A DNA stretch of 64,000 nucleotides from Amphiscolops sp. MND2022 (Eukaryota). Of the stretch, positions 10,244 to 20,430 are shown piece by piece (position 1 is the stretch's first letter; each line of letters begins with the position of its first letter). The notes under the pieces are model-generated. The model saw only the letters and a program-made list of their open reading frames with translations, was not told the origin of the DNA and searched no databases. The stretch lies in NCBI GenBank assembly GCA_964187785.1, contig OZ076412.1, positions 13,454,001 to 13,518,000 of the forward strand, read 5' to 3'. The translations under genes were made by a program, and so were the position numbers.

Positions 10244-10520
10244 ATGTCAACGAGGACTCCCTTGCTACTATTGTGCCTGATGCTTCAAACATTGCTGGTT
10301 GACAACCAACCCGAGTTGAAAGAAATTAGAGATGGCTTATTGAGGAGCTACTCCAAGTTCTTTCTACCGCCCCAGCGCCCAGTTTTTGTTAACTGCTCAT
10401 TGCTTCTGTGCCAGTTAATAGATTTGAATGTGGCAACAGAATCAGTGCATGCAGTTTTTTGGCAATGGAATACCTGGAAAGATGAGCGATTAGCTCGAAA
10501 CGTCAACGTTTCAGGACCAG
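10244..10520 (+). CDS. Cys-loop ligand-gated ion channel (nAChR-like) subunit, coding exon 1
   Basis: Signal-peptide-like MSTRTPLLLLCLMLQTLL, then LLRSYSK..PV.V...QLIDLN and FWQWNTWKDERL. Phase-1 donor CCAG|GTGATC at 10520/10521. Confidence 0.85.
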
Positions 10521-11539
10521 GTGATCATCTTTTTGATATAACATCTAACATCTAAAAGGAGCTGAGAGCTCCCAAATCATGGAAAGTTTTGATTGAGGAA
10601 GCATTTTATAAGAGCATGTTGTTTTAAAAAACATTGTTGAATGAAAGCTGTTTGTCTAGACCTTTGAATCATTCCATTTTGATTCACAAAATCGGACCTC
10701 GGGTAAAAGGCAAGTCAATATTACTTTACGCTATGTGATTCATTCTCTGCAAATATTTGTTGTGGAGAAGTATTATTTCTACAACAAACGGTGACGATAT
10801 TGCAAAGGCATTCAAGTAGACTTAGATTGTTGAGAAACACTTAGTTGTCAATTATATTAGATCAATCACTTATAATGCTCTCTTAGTTATTGTACCAGAC
10901 TGTGTTCTTGTATTCGCTATAAGTGTAAAACTACTCTCAGTGTAGGAAAAGACTTGAATATGAACTTTTTTAAACATGGCAATCGGAAACTTCAGATCTC
11001 CTTCAATCCTTCATATCTTCGTTTCATCGTTTATTCGAACGCGAAACTTTTAGTTGACTGACGTCACGCAATTTGGCACTACCCAGGCCGATAGAGGCTG
11101 AGCCCACTCACTAGCAATTTCTGCCTGAGAATTTACAGGCAGGACGGAAAAAACACAAGTATCCAGGAACAATGCAAAGAAGTTGAATAATCTGGTGCAA
11201 ATATCTGGTGAAAGTGCACAAAGATGACCGGGAAGAGGATCTTGACCGGGAAGAGATGACAACCGACAAAACAGTATTAGAAAAGGGTATAAACTGACAT
11301 AAAGATATATTCGCATGGTTCATTCAGAAGTCAGTAATGAAAAGACAAAAACGGTAAGAGTGATTAAACCGGCGACAAAACAGTTACGTAAGCTATATTC
11401 TTTGTTCAGCCTACACTTCACCTTTGTACCTCCGAAGAATAAATAATAACAAAGCAGTGCAGACGTCTTGCAAGAGATACAACGGAATGAAGACGAGTCA
11501 GTAGTATGAAAATGGTTACCGGAGGTACACATACACTGC

Positions 11540-11914
11540 TAGAGGTGCACCGGACAGGAAAATTTCAGTCCGGCCGGATACCGACCGGACCGGACATTAT
11601 CCGCAAATTATAAGCGATGAAGGGCTGTTTTCAGAATTGAGCAATGAGGATTACGCAAAACGAAGCATGCTTTTTCCACAGAGCGGTGAAAAATTTATTT
11701 TCCCTCCGCCATGATTTATTGAGCTTTGATTCACAGCCACAAATTCACTTTTTCGATTCACATACACTTAGATATTCCGAATATTTGAGATTATTATTTT
11801 AAGATGATATCCGGCCGGACATTGTAAAAAGTCCGGTCGGATACCGGACAGGTAATTTTCCTGAAATCCGGCCGGATACCGGACCGGACGGACTTTTTGT
11901 CCCCTACGCCTCTA
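11540..11914. mobile_element. hAT-superfamily MITE, 375 bp
   Basis: TAGAGG...CCTCTA termini. Identical 8-bp flanks TACACTGC at 11532-11539 and 11915-11922. Subterminal CCGGAC/CCGGATAC repeats. Confidence 0.88.
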
Positions 11915-13196
11915 TACACTGCGACCTTGAACGAAACCCAACAAGTTTTTCTGACCGAAAGAAACACATCCAGGATAAGTTACATGATTTCTGAGCTAAT
12001 CACGGACACCATACAGGAGGAATACATTAATGAAAAGCAAAACCTTTCCACAAATGACGTCGAATTTCAAATGAAACACGCCAGGGTAAGGCAGAGAAAA
12101 ACACAATTCGAAAAGGATTTTTGCGTTGACGGTATCATTATGATGAAATTATTATCGATATTTTTTATTTACCTACCCTCTCTGTAGTCCGAGATCAAAG
12201 CTTGGTTGAATGAACAGTTTCTGAAGATATGATCAATTTCTCTATGTTTCCCAGTCAAAAACCTTTTTTGCTGGGTTAGGTTAGCATCTACGTTTGAATA
12301 AATATCTACTTGGGAGACTTTCACTGTACTCTTCTCGTGGAACAACTTTATGGTATTCGTGGGGCAAACTTGCGTCCTGTTGCAATTTAAACTTCCAGAT
12401 TTTCGGCAATCTGTTTTTCTCAGTTGTAATATATGAAAGGCTGGTACAGACGAAATTTTCCGACAACTTGTGAAAAACGTTCAACAGTAACCGTTGGCAG
12501 CTCAAATACATAATACCATTTAGGGTGCCGATACACTGGATCAGAGACGAAAGTTCAAAACGATTTTCCACGCGAACCGTACAGTGAAAGGCTCGCAAAT
12601 AGATATTCTTTCAAAAGCAGATGCAAAGCTTACCCAGCAATAAAGTATACTGACAAAACTTTGGAAAAGAAAAAAAATATTGACTGGGACACTTGGAGAA
12701 AGCAAATAATATCGACAAAACTTTAGTAGCTGTATGAGTTAGAGAAAGTTGGGTTGGGATTAGGGCGTAAATCGTATGTTTCACTTGTTTCTTATGGGTT
12801 TGTCTTGCGATAGCGTAAATTTAAGTTTTCTGTCTTTTTTGCGTTTGTTTTTCTGTTATGTTGTTTTTTGGGTTTCTTCTCGGGTTTCTGAAGTAACTAA
12901 ATCGTTAATATGTGTTTGCTGGGTATGTTCATCGACGTATTTTGTGTTCGGTTCAGTGGGTTGATCCACTGGGCTCCCCCTCTGTTTTCTGAATTGATGA
13001 GGGAGGGAGGGTGGTTGTTTTTGAGTGGAAGAGACGGTTGAGAATTATCGAAAGCGAGTTTCCTATCGTTATTGCAACTTGATTAACTGGATCGAGTTGT
13101 TTTTCTGTTGAGAAGTATGTATTTTGGCCGGTGTGGGATCCTGTCAATCTTTCAGTGACTTTTGTCTATGGAGTTGTTGGTAGGCTCCTGTCACCA

Positions 13197-14549
13197 TGTG
13201 ATAATCCTCTTCTGAAGCTATTATTTCGTCTTCTAGGTTCAGTTCGTTTTGGTACAATGATTTGGCTGGATGTTTCAAGTCTTTCATTTTTGAAGCTCTG
13301 AGAGGATTATCGTCGTTTTCTGATTCTGGATTTTTATTATTAGATGCGCGAACTCCTATAGACCGTTCATTTTTGGATCCAAAAGGTCTTGAGTTTTGCA
13401 TTTCATTTGTCTCCCGTTTCTTCTTTTTTCCAACTTTGCTCAAGCGAAAATCAATCTTGGTGCAAGAAATATTTGAATTGTTGATTGAAACTCTCTCAAA
13501 TCAAAGTATTCATTTCGAAACTGAAGTTGATGATTTATGTGAGGGAAGCTACTGTTCAGTGTGATAGTTCTATTCCAAGTGAAGGAGATATTTACAGCAC
13601 TTGTTTTCCTGAAAATTGTCAAGCATGACATCCGTTTTTAGAGATGTCATATACCCTGGTAAGATATAAATAGAGTTACGTCAAATGATGTAATCCTATT
13701 TATAGTATTCAAATTTACAGCTACATGACATTCGAAATAGCATATTTGAATGAAATCGAGGGTCGTTACTGCAAATGTACTATACCGTATAGACGGTATA
13801 CTGAAAAACGTATAGTGACGCATATTCGTCACTTGTAAAAACGCATTATGTTTAGTGGTGTAAGTTATATGTCAACGTATAGTAGCAACACTGAAACACG
13901 CATAATACCGCATATACACAATCCTACAATGCGTACAACGCCGCATAATGAAAAACGTATAATGCCGCATTCATCATAGGTTATTTTCCGCATGATAACG
14001 TATGGTCAGCGGCTGATTCCGCATAGTGACGTATAGTCGCCACACCTCGTTCCGCATAGTGACGTATAGTCGCCACACCTCCTTCCGCATAGTGACGTAT
14101 AGCCAATCCTGCTGATTCCGCATAGTGACGTATAGTCGTCACACCTCGTTCCGCATAGTGACGTATAGCCGGTGGCTGAAAACTACACAATGACGTATTG
14201 TCGGCGGCTGAAAACCGCATAGTAACGTATAGTTTACTCAAGGTCCACATATTAGCATACAATGAGCTCTCACAAACTGCGTGAACAAATATTATGAGCC
14301 ATGATAATAAGTAATGATGAAAGAAAGCTACGCTTCTGATATTTCAAATGTATAATAATGTAAAACAGAACCCAATTTTAAATAAGAACAACTAATGTAA
14401 AAATACATGACTAGAGTAAGAAGCAAGGGGATTAGTTCATAGTCGTTGCTGACCTTCTAAAATTCATTATCTTCTTGAAATCGGGTTTGGCAGTTCTAGT
14501 TTTCTTGGGAATTGCTTAACGGCACCAGCACAACAGTGGGGTTTTGACC
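13197..14549 (-). repeat. LTR copy 1 of array (1353 bp)
   Basis: Minus strand ends ...GATTATCACA before the PBS at 13196-13184. The 5' terminus is slightly mutated relative to copy 2. Confidence 0.85.
13986..14232. repeat. 31-33-bp tandem repeat in U3: 20-bp core TTCCGCATAGTGACGTATAG plus an 11-13-bp linker, ~8 units
   Basis: Directly visible. Linkers alternate between TCGCCACACCTCG-type and ..GGCTGA/..GCTGA-type. Confidence 0.92.
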
Positions 14550-15918
14550 ATCCCGCACTTTTAAAAGAAAACATAGCTGCCTCAAACCCGTCGAAAAAGG
14601 GTTCTGGACCATACACTGCTGTTCCTGACTGTCTCTCCGTCATAGGCAGTTGAGATTCAGTATCTGACCCGGTGCTTCCATTCATTTACTGGGGTCCCGC
14701 ACTTGAAAAGTGCGTGGTCAGTTCGGTTCTTTTTGATTCTGTACAGCTATATAGAATTGAAGTTATTTAATATTATGATGGAGACTCTTCAATCCTGTGG
14801 AAATCCGTCAAAGCTTTCATTTGTAGAAACGTATCGTCATGGGGGGTTCAAATCACCGACAAGGTCGTCACCATATGAGTTCATTTGGGATTCGTTTAGG
14901 TCATTTCCAATTTTGACAAATTTGTGTCACAAATTTTCCATTGCCCTATTTTGTTTTAAAGTCTTTCGTTTTTTGAGCAGTCATTTATTTTAATGCTAAG
15001 CTGGTCAGGTTAGCATCGGAGACGTCCTAAAATGTTTCGGACAACATCCACGATTCTTCTGAAGGGAGCACAATCAAAGACTTGCGATACGAAGTAAACT
15101 CGTGCTTCTGGATTCCAATTGAAGCAATTTTCAACGTTTCTGGATTTTTGTGGAAACACGTTCCAATACTTGCTGTATGAAGTACGTTCATGCTTCCGAA
15201 TTTCATTTGTCATTTCGGTTTTTGCACAAGAAATGAACGAAATTTTGTTTTGGTTGAACTCGGTGTTACAAACAATCGCCGGGACGATCGCCCACTAGAA
15301 AATATTCCTTTTTTACCGTGCCTGCCACTCCGGCTATTTCGGAAATTCCACTTTATTGAGTCCCACAGTACTGCTTTATCCAGTCCATCAGTATAAACTC
15401 CGCACGGATAGTCAGGGAAGATGAGTTTGCGTCCGAGTTGGTTTTTAGTAGCTGTATGAGTTAGAGAAAGTTGGGTTGGGATTAGGGCGTAAATCGTGTG
15501 TTTCACTTGATTCTTATGGGTTTGTCTTACGATAGCGTAAATTTAAGTTTTCTGTTTTTTTTGCGTTTGTTTTTCTGTTATATTGTTTTTTGGGTTTCTT
15601 CTCGGGTTTCTGAAGTAACTAAATCGTTAATATGTGTTTGCTGGGTATGTTCATCGACGTATTTTGTGTTCGGTTCAGTGGGTTGATCCACTGGGCTCCC
15701 CCACTGTTTTCTGAATTGATGAGGGAGAGAGGGTGGTTGTTTTTTAGTGGAAGAGACGGTTGAGAATTATCGAAAGCGAGTTTCCTATCGTTATTGCAAC
15801 TTGATTAACTGGATCGAGTTGTTTTTCTGTTGAGAAATATGTATTTTGGCCGGTGTGGGATCCTGTCAATCTTTCAGTGACTTTTGTCTATGGAGTTGTT
15901 GGTAGGCTCCTGTCACCA

Positions 15919-17237
15919 TGTGATAATCCTCTTCTGAAGCTATTATTTCGTCTTCTAGGTTCAGTTCGTTTTGGTACAATGATTTGGCTGGATGTTTCAA
16001 GTCTTTCATTTTTGAAGCTCTGAGAGGATTATCGTCGTTTTCTGATTCTGGATTTTTGTTATTAGATGCGCGAACTCCTATAGACCGTTCATTTTTGGAT
16101 CCAAAATGTCTTGAGTTTTGCATTTCATTTGTCTCCCGTTTCTTCTATTTTCCAACTTTGCTCAAGCGAAAATCAATCTTGGTGCAAGAAATATTTGAAT
16201 TGTTGATTGAAACTCTCTCAAATCAAAGTATTCATTTCGAAACTGAAGTTGATGATTTATGTGAGGGAAGCTACTGTTCAGTGTGATAGTTCTATTCCAA
16301 GTGAAGGAGATATTTACAGCACTTGTTTTCCTGAAAATTGTCAAGCATGACATCCCTTTTTAGAGATGTCATATACCCTGGTAAGATGTAAATAGAGTTA
16401 CGTCAAATGATGTAATCCTATTTATAGTATTCAAATTTACATCTACATGACATTCGAAATAGCATATTTGAATGAAATCAAGGGTCGTTACTGCAAATGT
16501 ACTATACCGTATAGACGGTATACTGAAAAACGTATAGTGACGCATATTCGTCACTTGTAAAAACGCATTATGTTTAGTGGTGTAAATTATATGTCAACGT
16601 ATAGTAGCAACACTGAAACACGCATAATACCGCATATACACAATCCTACAATGCGTACAACGCCGCATAATGAAAAACGTATAATGCCGCATTCATCATA
16701 GGTTATATTCCGCATGAAAACGTATGGTCAGCGGCTGATTCCGCATAGTGACGTATAGTCGCCACACCTCGTTCCGCATAGTGACGTATAGCGAATCCTG
16801 CTGATTCCGCATAGTGACGTATAGTCGTCACACCTCGTTCCGCATAGTGACGTATAGCCGGTGGCTGAAAACTGCACAATGACGTATTGTCGGCGGCTGA
16901 AAACCGCAAAGTATTGTATAGTTTACGCAAGGTCCACATATTAGCATATAATGAGCTCTCACAAACTGCGTGAACAAATATTATGAGCCATAAGAACAAG
17001 TAATGATGAAAGAAAGTTACGCTTCTGATATTTCAAATGTATAATAATGTAAAACAGAACCCAATTTGAAATAAGATCAACTAATGTAAAATTACATGAC
17101 TAAAGTAAGAAACAGGGGGATTAGTTTATAGTCGTTGCTGACCTTCTAAAATTCATTATCTTCTTGAAATCGGGTTTGGCAGTTCTAGTTTTCTTGGGAA
17201 TTGCCCAATGCACCAGCACATTAGTGGGGTTGTGACA
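15919..17237 (-). repeat. LTR copy 2 of array (1319 bp)
   Basis: TGTCACAAC...TATCACA termini on the minus strand, with PPT-like tract before and PBS after. Confidence 0.9.
16708..16921. repeat. Same U3 tandem repeat, ~7 units
   Basis: One unit fewer than LTR copy 1. Confidence 0.9.
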
Positions 17238-18663
17238 GTCCCGCACTTTTAAAAGAAAACAGCTGCCTCAAACCCGTCGAAAGAGAGTTCTGGACCATAC
17301 ACTGCTGTTCCTGACTGTCTCTCCGTCATAGGCAGTTGAGATTCAGTATCTGACCCGATGCTTCCATTCATCTACTGGGGTCCCGCACTTGACAAGTGCG
17401 TGGTCAGTTCGGTTCTTTTTGATTCCGTACAGCTGTATAGAATTGAAGTAATTTAATATTATGTGGATACTCTTCAATCCTGTGGAAATCCGTCAAAGCT
17501 TTCATTTGTAGAAACGTATCGTCATGGGGGGTTCAAATCACCGACAAGGTCGTCACCATATGAGTTCGTTTGGGATTCGTTTAGGTCATTTCCAACTTTG
17601 ACAAATTTTTGTCACAAATTTTCCATTGCCCTATTTTGTTTTAAAGTCTTTCGTGTTTTGACCAGTCATTTATTTTAATGCTAAGCTGGTCAGGTTAGCA
17701 TCGGAGACGTCCTAAAAGGTTTCGGACAACATCCACGATTCTTATGAAGTATTTTCATACTTCCGATTTTGGTTTGAAGCGTTTTTCTACGCTTCGGAGT
17801 TCCTGTGGGAGCACAATCAAATACTTGCGATATGAAGTAAACTCGTGCTTCCGGATTTCAATTGAAGCAATATTCAACGCTTCTGGATTTTTGTGGAAAC
17901 ACGTTCCAATACTTGCGGTATGAAGTGCGTTCATGCTTCCGAATTTCATTTGTCATTTCTGTTTTTGCACAAGAAATGAACGAAATTTTGTTTTGGTTGA
18001 ACTCGGTGTTACAAACAATCGCCGGGACGATCGCCCACTAGAAAATATTCCTTTTTTACCGTGCCTGCCACTCCGGCTATTTCGGAAATTCCACTTTATT
18101 GAGTCCCACAGTACTGCTTTATCCAGTCCATCAGTATAAACTCCGCACGGATAGTCAGGGAAGATGAGTTTGCGTCCGAGTTGGTTTTTAGTAGCTGTAT
18201 GAGTTAGAGAAAGTTGGGTTGGGATTAGGGCATAAATCGTATGTTTCACTTGTTTCTTATGGGTTTGTCTTGCGATAGCGTAAATTTAAGTTTTCTGTTT
18301 TTTTTTTGCGTTTGTTTTTGTGTTATGTTGTTTTTTGGGTTTCTTCTCGGGTTTCTGAAGTAACTAAATTGTTGATATGTGTTTGCTGGGTATGTTCATC
18401 GACGTATTTTGTGTTCGGTTCAGTGGGTTGATACACTGGGCTCCCCCACTGTTTTCTGAATTGATGAGGGAGGGAGGGTGGTTGTTTTTGAGTGGAAGAG
18501 ACGGTTGAGAATTATCGAAAGCGAGTTTCCTATCGTTATTGCAACTTGATTAACTGGATCGAGTTGTTTTTCTGTTGAGAAATATGTATTTTGGCCGGTG
18601 TGGGATCCTGTCGTTCTTTCAGTGACCTTTGTCTATGGAGTTGTTGGTAGGATCCTGTCACCA

Positions 18664-19592
18664 TGTGATAATCCTCTTCTGAACCTTTTATTTCGTCTTT
18701 TAGGTTCAGTTCGTTTTGGTACAATGATTTGGCTGGATGTTTCAAGTCTTTCATTTTTGAAGCTCTGAGAGGATTATCGTCGTTTTCTGACTCTGGATTT
18801 TTGTTATTAGATGCGCGAACTCCTATAGACCGTTCATATTTGGATCCAAAAGGTCTTGAAACTTGCATTTCATTTGTCTCCCGTTTCTTCTATTTTCCAA
18901 CTTTGCTCAAGCGAAAATCAATCTTGGTGCAAGACATATTTGAATTGTTGATTGAAACTCTCCCAAATCAAAGTATTCATTTCGAAACTGAAGTTGATGA
19001 TTTATGTGAGGGAAGCTACTGTTCAGTGTGATAGTTCTATTCCAAGTGAAGGAGATATTTACAGCACTTGTTTTCCTGAAAATTGTCAAGCATGACATCC
19101 CTTTTTAGAGATGTCATATACCCTGGTAAGATGTAAATAGAGTTACGTCAAATGATGTAATCCTATTTATAGTATTCAAATTTACATCTACATGACATTC
19201 GAAATAGCATATTTGAATGAAATCAAGGGTCGTTACTGCAAATGTACTATACCGTATAGACGGTATACTGAAAAACGTATAGTGACGCATATTCGTCACT
19301 TGTAAAAACGCATTATGTTTAGTGGTGTAAGTTATATGTCAACGTATAGGAGCAACACTGAAACACGCATAATACCGCATATACACAATCCTACAATGCG
19401 TACAACGCCGCATAATGAAAAACGTATAATGCCGCATTCATCATAGGCTATAATCCGCATGATAACGTAGGGTCAGCGGCTGATTCCGCATAGTGACGTA
19501 TAGTCGCCACACCTCGTTCCGCATATTGACGTATAGTCGCCACACCTCGTTCCGCATAGTGACGTATACAGCACAACAGTGGGGTTGTGACA
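18664..19592 (-). repeat. LTR copy 3 of array (929 bp, internal U3 deletion)
   Basis: The terminal 24 bp (CAGCACAACAGTGGGGTTGTGACA on +) are joined directly to the 4th U3 repeat unit. PBS at 18663-18652. Confidence 0.88.
19452..19568. repeat. Same U3 tandem repeat, ~4 units
   Basis: Array is truncated by the deletion in this LTR. Confidence 0.88.
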
Positions 19593-19741
19593 CAAGTATT
19601 TGAACATTCCCGTCGCCGGAACTCAAAGGTATCTTCGATGTTTGGGCCACAGGTCAGAATTGAATTTGAATGAACAAAAAAGCACTCAACAGCTTCCAAC
19701 CAAGTTGAAGATAGAAATACAAGTATGTTCTCTCGGCTCTT

Positions 19742-19915
19742 TATAAATCCAATCTACCAAATATTCTGACCACCGATGTCAGTACGAAATGCCTAGGCAC
19801 CTCTTTATGGCAGCAACAAAGGGATGGCGTGATATTTGTTGTTACCTTTGCTGGAATATATCTTTCTGACACAGAAAGACAGACGCGATATATGAACTGA
19901 TTGAACTTCTGGTGA
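19742..19915 (+). pseudogene. Ty3/Gypsy RNase H fragment
   Basis: NLPNILTTDVSTKCLGTSLWQQQRDG...FAGIYLSDTER matches the 'LTTDAS..GLGA.L.Q...VAFASR.LS.TE' pattern. Confidence 0.7.
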
Positions 19916-20029
19916 ATTCGTTCGAGTAAGTTTTCATTAGAAAACACATTTCCGGTAAACCTGTCTGTCATTATCAATTTCACTGTCTTGAGTCTCTACT
20001 GAATCGTCTCTGGTTGAGTGTTGAGTTAA

Positions 20030-20430
20030 CTCAGTTACCGAGTTAAAATCCTTTTCTCGGGCAATTTTACAGCCATTTCCTGGGCGTTTCTAGTTTCATG
20101 GTTTCTGTGTAGCTCACCGGACCGTCGAACCCCCACGGTGGAATTTCCTCTACCCTGTACAGCAAGCGTATTTTGGATAGAAGGAAGTACTTGTTCCGTA
20201 ATCGCCGAGTATATTGTTGCTAATTGTTGAGAATTTAGCTATGCTTTCTCTACGTCTAATTTCCTTGTAACTTGAGTAGTAATCTCACTATTTGATAAAT
20301 CTGGCGGTTACAACTGTTGTTTCACTGTTTTCTCTGTTAGTTATTGGTAAAGATCTAAAATCTTCACTGTTTGGATTAGTGTTTCTCTGTAGTTCATCAG
20401 ATCCTAGATCCTCATCTAACTGACTGTCTA
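20030..20430 (-). pseudogene. Decayed retroelement leader/gag-like ORF fragment
   Basis: Minus frames give NELDSQLDEDLGSDELQRNTNPNSEDFRSL and SEITTQVTRKLD. These are coiled/acidic like the other LTR leaders; family not established. Confidence 0.35.

Larger units (their letters stand above)
12722..19592 (-). mobile_element. Head-to-tail array of a small non-autonomous LTR element (family B): LTR-I-LTR-I-LTR-I(truncated)
   Basis: Unit period 2722/2745 bp. Each LTR is followed on the minus strand by PBS TGGTGACAGGA, and the two inner LTRs are preceded by AAAAGTGCGGGA. The ~1.4-kb internal parts lack pol. Confidence 0.9.

Noticed and set aside
11000-12720. Possible LINE ORF/endonuclease relic split by the MITE
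   Set aside because: Only vague similarity (LITDTIQEE, YLGDF). No diagnostic motif set, so it is left uncalled.
12745-13015. G-quadruplex/telomere-like motifs GGGTTGGGATTAGGG and GGGAGGGAGGGTGG
   Set aside because: Only three full G3 tracts each and a single TTAGGG. Not enough for a confident G4 or interstitial telomere call.
13986-14232. CRISPR-like array (constant repeat plus variable spacer)
   Set aside because: Linkers are only 11-13 bp and recur, there are no cas genes, the context is eukaryotic, and the array lies inside an LTR. It is a minisatellite.
13981-14262. Repeat-protein ORFs 'IRHYAERGVAT' (also 16703-16999, 19448-19699)
   Set aside because: By-product of a 33-bp stop-free DNA repeat. 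There is no credible start context, and the frame is broken by 31-32-bp units.
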